This document shows positions 1 through 7,925 of a stretch of DNA of 64,000 nt, one piece after another (position 1 is the first letter of the stretch; the number at the start of each line of letters is the position of its first letter). Source of the stretch: Gammaproteobacteria bacterium (GTDB taxonomy: Bacteria > Pseudomonadota > Gammaproteobacteria > Steroidobacterales > UBA11654); the NCBI GenBank assembly GCA_029242945.1, contig JAQWSZ010000012.1, positions 943 through 64,942 on the forward strand. The letters are read 5' to 3'. The notes under the pieces were generated by a model. It was not told where the DNA came from. It ran no database searches and was given only the letters and a program-made list of their open reading frames with translations. The position numbers were made by a program, and so were the translations under genes.

Positions 1-438
1 ATCCATAATGTTCCAAGAGACATTGTGAAACAGATGGTACTACTGATGTTTAATTGCAAAGGAAGAAAAGGTACGAGTCTTGCTTGGAGTAATTGGTTAA
101 GGGATAAAGCCAAGCCTGAGTTAGTCAGAGCCTTTGAGTTTTGTGGTCTAACTGCTTTAGAGATAATGAAAGCTGTAGAAAAAAGGCACAGCAGAATCAA
201 GCATTACTTCTACAAAGGAAAACTAGCAGGTCAGGTTATCCAATGGGAAGAAGCAAACTTTATTCATCACATTGCTATGTCTTTCATCGAACAATATGAT
301 TTTATAGTCTTAACAGTCTTCGATGAGCTGATCGTACCTGAAGAACATTATCCAATGGTTAAAGAGTTTATGTACACAATGGCAGGCTGTGAAACCTGTA
401 AGAAATACTCCTTAATGAGTCAGATAAAGAATCTTTAG
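1..438 (+). CDS. hypothetical protein, N-terminus outside the window
   Basis: Frame 1 is open from nt 1 to the TAG at 436-438, so the track start at 25 is only the first in-window start codon. No family recognised. It lies in a block of mobile-element-type genes beside tRNA-Thr. Confidence 0.45.
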   Translation: MHNVPRDIVKQMVLLMFNCKGRKGTSLAWSNWLRDKAKPELVRAFEFCGLTALEIMKAVEKRHSRIKHYFYKGKLAGQVIQWEEANFIHHIAMSFIEQYDFIVLTVFDELIVPEEHYPMVKEFMYTMAGCETCKKYSLMSQIKNL

Positions 439-445
439 ATAGGTA

Positions 446-1165
446 TTATTTCTTATTTCTTCGGTAGTAGGCTGTTCTACATCTCGAGGAGCAATAAATC
501 GCACTTTTTCCTTGTGAATCATCAACAAAGTTTTTACCACAGTTTCTACACCTTATTATCTCTCCCAACTTAGTTTGAAGAGAGTAGAGCATATATGCAC
601 TTATTAGATCTTCAGGTCTGGTAAAAAGTTTCCCATCTGAGATGAAAGTTTTGGTACTAAGGTGTTTGCTCATATAAAGTTCAGTAAGATCAAATTTCAT
701 TCCATAAATATCATTCTTACTTGGTTTATCCTTAGAGCCTACAAGATCAAAAAGCTGTTTATTATTTTTCTTTCCTTGATAGATGTATTGATGAAAGAAT
801 GTGAGTAGAAAATCATAAAGCTTAGTTTCTTCTTTATATAAAGATAAATCACTAATTGGATGTTCATCTTCATCATACTCATGGCTTAACCATAGATAAC
901 CAAATTCGTTCACTAAAGAAAGTCTTTTGTTTGGATCTATTGAAAAATCTTCTTTATCAATGAGTTCATGATATTTCCATTGAACATCATCAATAGCGAG
1001 AGTATTTATATCTAACCACATTTTTTTTAGGCTAATCGACTTGCCTACTAAGTTTTCCTCTTTATTTATTGGAACAATATCGCCACTTTCATCATATCTA
1101 TAGCCTGATGGATGTATGGTATTCCAAAATTCTTTAGGGGCTGAATTAATAAATTTTAGTTTCAT
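446..1165 (-). CDS. hypothetical protein with C-terminal zinc-ribbon (CxxC-x15-CxxxC)
   Basis: The first 42 codons of track ORF 446..1291 are F/Y/I-rich translation of AT-rich promoter DNA. The internal ATG at 1165 (MKLKFINSAPKEF) is the plausible start. The C-terminus reads RCRNCGKNF...YCSSRCRTAYYRRNKK, a four-Cys knuckle plus basic tail. Confidence 0.5.
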   Translation of the reverse strand: MKLKFINSAPKEFWNTIHPSGYRYDESGDIVPINKEENLVGKSISLKKMWLDINTLAIDDVQWKYHELIDKEDFSIDPNKRLSLVNEFGYLWLSHEYDEDEHPISDLSLYKEETKLYDFLLTFFHQYIYQGKKNNKQLFDLVGSKDKPSKNDIYGMKFDLTELYMSKHLSTKTFISDGKLFTRPEDLISAYMLYSLQTKLGEIIRCRNCGKNFVDDSQGKSAIYCSSRCRTAYYRRNKK

Positions 1166-1217
1166 GATCGTAATTATATCATTAGTAATTAAAATAACAA
1201 TATATAAACGAAAGTAC

Positions 1218-1245
1218 TTGAAATAATGATATGTTCGTATATAGT
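1218..1245 (+). promoter_or_regulatory. candidate sigma70-type promoter for the 1282-2654 gene pair
   Basis: TTGAAA (1218-1223), a 16-nt spacer, then TATAGT (1240-1245), about 37 nt upstream of the ATG at 1282. AT-rich background makes chance matches common. Confidence 0.3.
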
Positions 1246-1281
1246 ATGTAGGATATAAGAACATATATAAGGAAAAATAAA

Positions 1282-1884
1282 ATGAAAACATTAACTAAAA
1301 TTAAATACAAACAGAAAGCTCGAATGGATAACGCCTTCCTAGCTATCAGGAAGTTCGCAAAAGAACATGGCTATTGTCCAACAAGACAAGGACTAGCAAA
1401 TGCCATGTCATTAAGTCTTGGATCAATTGATAAAACTCTAATCAATATGAAACGTGATCCCACTTACCAAAAAATGGTTCTTTTCGATAAGACTAATGGG
1501 CAAATGTATCTGGCAGATGACTCATACAAGCAACAAACATCTATTAATACGAAAAAGGCACTCTATCAGTTAAAAACTCAAGGTGTTCAGTTGGGTAGTA
1601 GAGACATTAAAAAGCTAACTGAGAGTGCTGTTAAAGACCACACCATGAGAAGGATAGAGTTTGCGATGAAAATGAAACCGATGATTGAACGATATAATTC
1701 GATGGGTTTTATTTCATTGGCTAGTCTAGCAAAGATTCTGAATGAAGATGGACATGAAACTCGCTACAAAAAGAAGTGGTATCCATCTAATGTCAGCAAC
1801 TTGTTAAAGAGTATAGCTGAACTATCACAACAACCTAGAACTGAATGTAATTTAGAAGAACTTATAAGAGGAGGCAAGGAATGA
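1282..1884 (+). CDS. DNA-binding protein: LexA-like winged-helix N-terminus plus recombinase-type HTH, no catalytic domain
   Basis: The N-terminus (FAKEHGYCPTRQGLANAMSLSLGSI) resembles the LexA/MarR wHTH. The C-terminal half (ISLASLAKILNEDGHETRYKKKWYPSNVSNLLKSI) matches the IA..LN..G..T..G..W....V..iL pattern of serine-recombinase DNA-binding domains. No YxRVS-type catalytic serine region is present. Confidence 0.5.
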   Translation: MKTLTKIKYKQKARMDNAFLAIRKFAKEHGYCPTRQGLANAMSLSLGSIDKTLINMKRDPTYQKMVLFDKTNGQMYLADDSYKQQTSINTKKALYQLKTQGVQLGSRDIKKLTESAVKDHTMRRIEFAMKMKPMIERYNSMGFISLASLAKILNEDGHETRYKKKWYPSNVSNLLKSIAELSQQPRTECNLEELIRGGKE

Positions 1885-2654
1885 CTATTTTAAAATATAA
1901 ATTGGATAAGAGATATATGCGTATTAATCCAGATACAGGTAAAATTTTTGAGTTTATGGATCAAAGACCAAAGCTAGCTGCAGCAGATGGGAGGGAATAT
2001 ATACAAGATGGAAAAATGTTTGCAAGTTTTTGTCCACCTAGAATAAATAATGACGGCTTCTATTTAGAAAACTGGAGACCTCCAAAGACTTTAGATTGTC
2101 AAATATGTAATGAAGAGTTTATTACCATTAACAGAGGCGTCAAGAATTGCGATAAGCATCGAAAAATCAGCATGAAAAAAACAAAAGAAGATATAAAACA
2201 ATGGATAAAGATTGGTATGAAGCCTTGTGAAAGGTCTGATTCTGTTGGTTGGGCAACAGGCTGTGATGGCGGTATGTTATCTCTAGATAATTTTAAGGAG
2301 CATAAAGATAGAGATTACAAATACTTTAATAGTTTATGTAATAAATGTTATGCAGAAACAAAATGGAGAACCATTATTAAGAAAAAATATGGAATAACAT
2401 ATAAAGATTATTACAGACAAGAAGAAATACAACAAAACAGATGTAAGATTTGTGGCTCAAAAGAAAAAGGTAAAGCAAGGACTGGAGAAAGTAGAAGAAA
2501 GTGGATCATTGACCATGATCATATTAGTGGTTCAGCTAGAGGTCTATTATGTTTTCGATGTAATACCTTGCTTGGTAATGCCAATGATGATCCCAAGATC
2601 TTAAACTCAGCAATCACTTATTTGGATAGGTCTAGAATAGCACATCAGAAATAG
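1881..2654 (+). CDS. endonuclease VII family nuclease with Cys-rich N-terminal extension
   Basis: The C-terminus (CKICGSKEK...WIIDHDHISGSARGLLCFRCNTLLGNANDDPKILNSAITYL) matches the phage T4 recombination endonuclease VII signature (C.iC...vDHdH.tG.vRGlLC..CN..lG). Upstream Cys pairs are CQICNEEF...NCDKH and CNKCY. The ATGA overlap with the preceding gene suggests translational coupling. Confidence 0.75.
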   Translation: MTILKYKLDKRYMRINPDTGKIFEFMDQRPKLAAADGREYIQDGKMFASFCPPRINNDGFYLENWRPPKTLDCQICNEEFITINRGVKNCDKHRKISMKKTKEDIKQWIKIGMKPCERSDSVGWATGCDGGMLSLDNFKEHKDRDYKYFNSLCNKCYAETKWRTIIKKKYGITYKDYYRQEEIQQNRCKICGSKEKGKARTGESRRKWIIDHDHISGSARGLLCFRCNTLLGNANDDPKILNSAITYLDRSRIAHQK

Positions 2655-2808
2655 CTCTAAGGCTTCAGCATTTGCGTTCTAATGGACTCGTTGATAGGTG
2701 GTAATGGTGAGGTAGTATAAAGGTATCTCGTGGTCTTATTCGCTTTGCGATATAATAACGAGCATAGCGTAATATTTGTAGTTTGTCAAGGATGATATAC
2801 TAATTGTT

Positions 2809-3264
2809 ATGAGGAATTTACTATTAATATCAGCACTACTATTATTCAGCTTTAATGGTTGGGCAGATGATGAGTTTCCAATTGAGATAACTTGTGAAAT
2901 TGGAAGTAAAGTTATTTTTCTTAGTATAGCTGAAGAAGCTGAAGACAGTTATTATACTATTCTTTCTGTCGGTAACATAAAAAAGATGCGTAATGGAAGG
3001 CCTAGTCCCGAGTCCACAAGAGATTATTTTTTCGAGGAATGGAAGGATAAAAAAATCGGGTTTGTAAGTCAGTATGTTCTTGATGATCTAATCGTTTTAG
3101 AAAGTGAAATTTTTAAACCTAGAAACACCCCTCCAGGCTTTACTAATTTTTCTATTAATAGATTAACTGGTACAGGCAATTTTGAAGGGTTGTACTCCCC
3201 TTATTCATGGATCACCGGTAATTGCTACAGTGGTCTTAAGGAATATAGTGAGAAGAAATTCTAA
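2809..3264 (+). CDS. secreted hypothetical protein
   Basis: Signal-peptide-like N-terminus MRNLLLISALLLFSFNGWA/DD. No family recognised. Confidence 0.5.
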   Translation: MRNLLLISALLLFSFNGWADDEFPIEITCEIGSKVIFLSIAEEAEDSYYTILSVGNIKKMRNGRPSPESTRDYFFEEWKDKKIGFVSQYVLDDLIVLESEIFKPRNTPPGFTNFSINRLTGTGNFEGLYSPYSWITGNCYSGLKEYSEKKF

Positions 3265-3539
3265 TTTAAATAACTCATCCTCTAGTTAACAACCAAAACC
3301 TCCTAAAAATGTTCGACCACTAGATATATATACCCTGTTTGAAATGTGCACCTGCCCTGCCCAACTGAATAAAACTTATTAAAAACAAAAGAAGAGCCTT
3401 GCGGAGATGGAAAAATTGACTAAGGAATAAACAATGCGTATCTTCATTTGGTGTAGCATAGGTGTAGCAAATTAGTATTTATGATTTACTATTATTTTGT
3501 CTAATCCATATATGTCAATATCTATATGGCTTTCAGCTG

Positions 3540-3612
3540 TGCCGGGAAGAAGAATTGAACTTCTGACCTTCTGATTACGAATCAGTTGCTCTACCAACTG
3601 AGCTATCCCGGC
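3540..3612 (-). tRNA. tRNA-Thr (anticodon CGU)
   Basis: The reverse complement reads GCCGGGATAGCTCAGTTGGTAGAGCAACTGATTCGTAATCAGAAGGTCAGAAGTTCAATTCTTCTTCCCGGCA. It has a 7-bp acceptor stem (GCCGGGA/TCCCGGC), a D stem (GCTC/GAGC), anticodon loop TTCGTAA (CGT), a T arm (AGAAG-TTCAATT-CTTCT) and discriminator A. CCA is not encoded. Confidence 0.92.
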
Positions 3613-3619
3613 TTATAAA

Positions 3620-4060
3620 CTATACTAGTGGTTTTCTTGACATAGGTACAAGCTTTACTGTTGATGTAGAAGCGGCAACTAATTTATTATTTTGAAAAAG
3701 CTCACTTGATAAAAAACCTATGTTTTTACCCATTTTTTTTATTTCAGACTCAGCTATTAAAATTCCTGGGTGTGAACTTGCTAAAAAACTGACATTTATA
3801 TCTAAAGAGATTGGATTGTACTCAAAATTTAATTGAGCAATAACTAAATGAGCCATAGCTGAATCTAGCATTCCAGTTACAAATCCACCTTGTACAATTT
3901 GATTTGGTGAATGACAAAATTCGGGAATGGCCTCAAATTCCATTTTTAGTTTAGGCGGTTCTGATTGAAAAGAAATAACCTCTCCTCTCAGTGAGTCAAG
4001 GCATGGTGGCCTTGCGATTTTTGAACGAAGAAGCTCCAGTTTTTCTTTATCTGTTTTCAT
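3620..4060 (-). CDS. PaaI/4HBT-family hotdog-fold thioesterase
   Basis: Length 146 aa. The central motif QGGFVTGMLDSAMAHLV and the overall layout are typical of PaaI-type acyl-CoA thioesterases. Confidence 0.65.
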   Translation of the reverse strand: MKTDKEKLELLRSKIARPPCLDSLRGEVISFQSEPPKLKMEFEAIPEFCHSPNQIVQGGFVTGMLDSAMAHLVIAQLNFEYNPISLDINVSFLASSHPGILIAESEIKKMGKNIGFLSSELFQNNKLVAASTSTVKLVPMSRKPLV

Positions 4061-4203
4061 TTTTGTCTATATAAAAAAATATGAAGATTTGATAATAGAT
4101 CAAAGTTAAATTATATCAAATAGTTAGAACAGTATATTTTGATATTATTTCATAATTTTTTTATGCTATGACTAACTTTGTTGTAGTAAATTGGGATTGT
4201 TTT

Positions 4204-4419
4204 ATGAATAGTATAAAAAATTTAATAACTGATTTCACCGAATTAGCAGTGGGTATAATTGCCCTTGGGGTGGCTGCTGGGGTTATTTTTGGTGATGTGC
4301 CTTTTGTTAGTGGAATTCTTAATAACTTCACTGAATCAGTATATGCCATTGGAGACAGTGCTAGCGCAGCACTAACTCTGGCAGTAATTGTTTACGTTTA
4401 CTCTAAAGCCACTAACTGA
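4204..4419 (+). CDS. small hydrophobic membrane protein (hypothetical)
   Basis: Two predicted hydrophobic helices (AVGIIALGVAAGVIFG; AAALTLAVIVYVY). The start is ambiguous (4168 or ATG at 4204). The opposite-strand ORF 4161..4349 is judged a shadow. Confidence 0.35.
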   Translation: MNSIKNLITDFTELAVGIIALGVAAGVIFGDVPFVSGILNNFTESVYAIGDSASAALTLAVIVYVYSKATN

Positions 4420-4469
4420 ATCCTTAATTCATGATTTAAATCGATCTTAATCAATCGGTATTAAATATT

Positions 4470-6050
4470 TTAGAATTGATTCATTGTATTGTCTTCGCCT
4501 GCTGCCTTGAGTGCTGCATCTCCAGCAAAATACTCTTTATGATCATCTCCAATATCTGAACCAGACATATTCTGATGTTTAACACAGGCTATTCCTTCCC
4601 TTATTTCCTTACGTTGCACTCCAGCAACATAGCCAAGCATTCCTTTATCTCCGAAATACTCTTTAGCTAGATTATCAGTCGACAAAGCTGCTGTATGGTA
4701 TGTGGGTAATGTTATTAAGTGATGAAAAATACCTGCTTCTCTTGATGAATCAGCTTGGAATGTTCGGATCTTTTCATCGGCTTCGATTCCAAGTTCAGTT
4801 TCATCGTATTCAGCATTCATTAAATTAGTTCTGTCATAAGATGAAACATCTTTTCCAGATTCTTTCATGCCATCAAATATTTGCTGTCTAAAATTTAGAG
4901 TCCAATTGAACGATGGACTGTTGTTATATGCCAGCTTAGCATTTGGAATGACTTTTCGTATTTCCTTCATCATTCCTCCAATTTGTGCAATGTGAGGTTT
5001 CTCTGTTTCAATCCAAATTAAATCTGCACCATTTTGTAGACTGGTTATGCAATCTAGAATACATCTTGCTTCGCCAGTACCGGGTCTGAATTGGAATAAG
5101 TTACTAGGCAAACGCTTTGGTCTTACAAGCTTGTCACCTTGTTTCATCAGAACATCTCCATGATTGACAGAGTCTTGATTCACCTCCTCCACGTCCAAGA
5201 ATGAATTGTATTGATCACCAAGGTCTCCTTTTTCATTAGTCACAGCGATTTGTTTAGTCAAACCAGCGCCTAAAGAGTCAGTTCTAGCTACGATCACCCC
5301 ATCATCAACTCCTAATTCTAAGAATGCGTATCGAACGGCATTAATTTTAGCTAAGAAGTCAGCGTGCGGGACGGTTACTTTTCCATCTTGATGGCCACAT
5401 TGTTTTTCATCAGAAACTTGATTCTCTATCTGTATGCAACAAGCCCCTGCTTCAATCATTTGTTTTGCTAATAAGTAAGTTGCTTCTTCATTACCGAATC
5501 CTGCATCAATATCAGCAATTATTGGTACTACATGTGTTTCAAAGTTGTCAATTCTATCTTGTATGGATTCTTTATCAGATTCTTCTGCAGCATCCAGTTC
5601 TCTAAACAGACCACCTAATTCTCTTGCATCAGCTTGTCTTAAAAATTGATACAGTTCTGCAATTAAACTTACAACTGAAGTTTTTTCATGCATAGATTGA
5701 TCTGGAAGAGGACCAAATTCTGATCGAAGAGCAGCAATCATCCAGCCAGAAAGATAGAGATATTTTTTATTATTTGTTTCAAAATGTTTCTTTATTGATA
5801 TAAAAGTTTGTTGGCCGATAAAACCGTGCCAGCAACCCAATGATTGAGTGTATAGAGATGGATCTTTGTCATAATCATCCATATCTTTTCTCATGATACT
5901 CGCTGTGTATTTAGCAATATCAATCCCAGTTTTAAATTTATTTTGCAATCGCATTCTGGCTACATAATCTGGGTTTACGCTGGCCCATTTAGGTGTATTC
6001 ATATTTGGTATTTCATTTACCTTACTAGCTTGATCATCAAGTTTAGACAT
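4470..6050 (-). CDS. aceA: isocitrate lyase (long, ~530 aa subfamily)
   Basis: Catalytic-loop motif EKQCGHQDGK (a variant of K-K/R-C-G-H). Overall 526-aa architecture with the N-terminal MSK...NPDYVARMRLQN region seen in long bacterial isocitrate lyases. AAGGA RBS 8-12 nt upstream. Confidence 0.92.
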   Translation of the reverse strand: MSKLDDQASKVNEIPNMNTPKWASVNPDYVARMRLQNKFKTGIDIAKYTASIMRKDMDDYDKDPSLYTQSLGCWHGFIGQQTFISIKKHFETNNKKYLYLSGWMIAALRSEFGPLPDQSMHEKTSVVSLIAELYQFLRQADARELGGLFRELDAAEESDKESIQDRIDNFETHVVPIIADIDAGFGNEEATYLLAKQMIEAGACCIQIENQVSDEKQCGHQDGKVTVPHADFLAKINAVRYAFLELGVDDGVIVARTDSLGAGLTKQIAVTNEKGDLGDQYNSFLDVEEVNQDSVNHGDVLMKQGDKLVRPKRLPSNLFQFRPGTGEARCILDCITSLQNGADLIWIETEKPHIAQIGGMMKEIRKVIPNAKLAYNNSPSFNWTLNFRQQIFDGMKESGKDVSSYDRTNLMNAEYDETELGIEADEKIRTFQADSSREAGIFHHLITLPTYHTAALSTDNLAKEYFGDKGMLGYVAGVQRKEIREGIACVKHQNMSGSDIGDDHKEYFAGDAALKAAGEDNTMNQF

Positions 6051-6084
6051 GACTTATCCTTTTTATTTGAGTATTTAGTTGAAA

Positions 6085-6246
6085 TTACTTATCTGAAAAT
6101 ATATTTTTATTATCTTTATTAGAAATCAGCACGTCATCGCCATAAATCATTAAATCAATAACTTCCATTTCACTCAAAGGCCTTGTTATAGTTGATCTTT
6201 TATAGTCTCTTACTTTTTCTATGTGATTTTGTTTATGTTCACTCAT
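6085..6246 (-). CDS. possible 53-aa small ORF upstream of aceA (unverified)
   Basis: ATG at 6246 to TAA at 6085-6087 translates to MSEHKQNHIEKVRDYKRSTITRPLSEMEVIDLMIYGDDVLISNKDNKNIFSDK. It has the same orientation as aceA and ends 34 nt before it. The SD is poorly placed and the ORF is below the track size cutoff. Confidence 0.2.
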   Translation of the reverse strand: MSEHKQNHIEKVRDYKRSTITRPLSEMEVIDLMIYGDDVLISNKDNKNIFSDK

Positions 6247-6314
6247 TGTTAATTTTAATTTTCCTAATTCGATATTATTTTTATATTTCGTGTATTTTAA
6301 GCTATAATTTATAA

Positions 6315-6367
6315 AAATTTCACAATAAAAATTTCACAATGTAAATTTCACAATGACAAATTTGTAC
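6315..6367 (+). promoter_or_regulatory. periodic direct-repeat operator candidate (3 perfect + 1 degenerate copy of AAATTTCACAAT, 14-15 bp period)
   Basis: AAATTTCACAAT occurs at 6315-6326, 6329-6340 and 6343-6354. A degenerate copy AAATTTGTAC is at 6358-6367 inside the 10-bp palindrome ACAAATTTGT (6356-6365). The third copy contains the ATG (6353) of the regulator gene. TATAAT at 6303-6308 lies just upstream. Confidence 0.6.
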
Positions 6368-7912
6368 AGAAAAACTCACTTGCTAGGAGCAAAACTAAAA
6401 AATATAAGAAAAGTTAATAAACTGACCTTAGAAGAATTATCTGAAAGATGCAGTCAGGAAGATACAAGGATTGCTCCTTCGGTTTCTTATTTGAGCATGA
6501 TTGAAAATGGTAAACGGCTGCCATCAGAGGATGTTCTGGAGATTATTGCCATTGTATTTCAAAAAGAGCCTTCATGGTTTCTCGATGAAAATCTAGATAT
6601 GGGAATTAAAGATAGTGATGATACTAAAAAAACATCTCAATTACCCTTAGAGCCAGGATTTCTCTACAGCAAAGATCTACTGCAAGGTGCTATCCCTGAA
6701 CTTCTAGATCAGAGTGGAATTTCTGGCAGACAATTTGCTCAACTCTTAATACGATCTTACCAAGAAGCTAATTACAATCGATTTCCAGATATAGAAAAAA
6801 TTGCTGATGAAATAGGTAAAAAAGTTTTTCCCTTAAACGTGAATGATTTAAAAAAGTTATACAAAACTCATGGACTCAAACTCAAATGGTTTAATCAAAA
6901 TAGAATTACTACTTCTACTCCTGAGATAGAAAATAAAATGTTACTGAGATCTTTTTATGATTCGCCCTCTACGGTATACATTAATGAAAATTTAAAAAAT
7001 AGCCCTGAGAGACTTAAGTATGATCTGGCAACTCATTTGGGGCATAAAATTATGCATCAGGGAGATGGTCTTCGTTCCATTATCTCATCTGGCAATAGTC
7101 CTTTTAGCAGTCAAGAGAACCATGTCATCGATAATCATTCTCATGACGTCTTAATGGCATGGCATGATTTTGAATCTAGTTTCTTTGGTACTGCCCTACT
7201 GTGCCCAAGAAAACCTTTCAGAAGCTTTCTCATAAAGAATCAACATGAGATAGCATCAGCAACTCAACTAGAGATTTCGCCAGCTCTAATGATGAGAAGA
7301 ATTACTGCTGTGTCTAACTATCTGCATTGGCATTATTTCGAAGCATTTCAACCAGGTTATTTGAGTGCTGTGTATAGAGCCAATGGCATAACTTTGCCGT
7401 TTGGCAATATGTCTATGGCAAATAATCCATGTCCAAACTGGGCTATCTTTAGACTTCTTAATGAAGGCTATATTGAAAACCCTCAATCGCAAATATCGCT
7501 ACTTAAAGATGGTGATAAAAACTCACTATACTGCTGTCATTCAGTACGTAGTAGAGATATGGCAGGTAATTTAAAACTTTACTCGCTTGGTATTGATATT
7601 ATTCCAGCTCTAAAAAATCAAGGCATTGATCCTACTGATTACATTGAAGAACTGGAAAATGATTGTCAAAAAAATAATGGTGAATCATTGGTTAAGGGAG
7701 AGCTTAAGCTTTCAATAGAAAAAATTGCACATATTTTAAAAATACATTGGCTTAAAGACTCTCTTGAAAACACAGCAAGAATTATTTGCCCAAAAAGTCT
7801 TGATTGCCAGAGAGAAAAGCCTTGTTTGCCTAGAAAAAGTCAATATAAATTCAATGAAATTGAGACTCTAAAAGAGAATATTTTGCTATTGAATAAGGCT
7901 AAATTGATTTAA
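6353..7912 (+). CDS. XRE-family transcriptional regulator of the RamB/ScfR (short-chain fatty acyl-CoA regulator) type
   Basis: N-terminal Cro/C1 HTH (LGAKLKNIRKVNKLTLEELSERC...VSYLSMIENGKRLPS). It is followed by an ImmA/IrrE-like region with a degenerate metal motif (ATHLGHKIMH) and a long C-terminal domain. It is divergent from isocitrate lyase, as RamB is in actinobacteria. Confidence 0.75.
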   Translation: MTNLYRKTHLLGAKLKNIRKVNKLTLEELSERCSQEDTRIAPSVSYLSMIENGKRLPSEDVLEIIAIVFQKEPSWFLDENLDMGIKDSDDTKKTSQLPLEPGFLYSKDLLQGAIPELLDQSGISGRQFAQLLIRSYQEANYNRFPDIEKIADEIGKKVFPLNVNDLKKLYKTHGLKLKWFNQNRITTSTPEIENKMLLRSFYDSPSTVYINENLKNSPERLKYDLATHLGHKIMHQGDGLRSIISSGNSPFSSQENHVIDNHSHDVLMAWHDFESSFFGTALLCPRKPFRSFLIKNQHEIASATQLEISPALMMRRITAVSNYLHWHYFEAFQPGYLSAVYRANGITLPFGNMSMANNPCPNWAIFRLLNEGYIENPQSQISLLKDGDKNSLYCCHSVRSRDMAGNLKLYSLGIDIIPALKNQGIDPTDYIEELENDCQKNNGESLVKGELKLSIEKIAHILKIHWLKDSLENTARIICPKSLDCQREKPCLPRKSQYKFNEIETLKENILLLNKAKLI

Positions 7913-7925
7913 TGAAGATAACGCT

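Larger units (their letters stand above)
1..3539. mobile_element. putative integrated mobile element or prophage remnant (right end), abutting the 3' end of tRNA-Thr; left end outside the window
   Basis: Gene content: endonuclease VII, a recombinase-type HTH protein, a zinc-ribbon orphan and a secreted orphan. The block lies immediately downstream of the tRNA 3' end, a classic integration site. No integrase and no att repeat are visible in the window. Confidence 0.35.

Noticed and set aside
316-336. VFDELIV motif in the truncated first ORF, reminiscent of the polymerase motif C (HDE/YxDD-like)
   Set aside because: It is a single short motif without the accompanying motifs A and B in view, and the N-terminal part is outside the window. 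This is too weak to call a polymerase or primase.
1166-1291. N-terminal 42 codons of track ORF 446..1291 (MFSFYFSLYMFLYPTYYIRTYHYF...)
   Set aside because: This is translation of an AT-rich divergent promoter region, and it overlaps the start of the 1282 gene. The internal ATG at 1165 gives a sensible N-terminus. Similar trimming was applied to aceE (35016 to 34941), hsp20 (46709 to 46763), npdG (36897 to 36930), the Tat flavoprotein (23249 to 23282) and the membrane protein 47704 to 47647.
3450-3469. GGTGTAGCA direct repeat next to the tRNA, as possible integrase arm-type sites or an att core
   Set aside because: There are only two 9-mers, no integrase gene nearby and no match to the tRNA 3' end. 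It is mentioned in the island finding but is not callable as a feature.
4161-4349. 62-aa minus-strand ORF overlapping the small membrane-protein ORF 4168..4419
   Set aside because: The plus-strand translation forms two clean hydrophobic helices, and the minus-strand product has no such features. Only one can be real, and even the plus-strand call has low confidence.
6315-6354. Considered whether the 14-bp periodic repeats could be a mini-CRISPR or a tandem-repeat artefact
   Set aside because: The units are only 12-14 bp with 2-nt spacers, there are no cas genes, and the array overlaps a start codon. An operator array is the better explanation.
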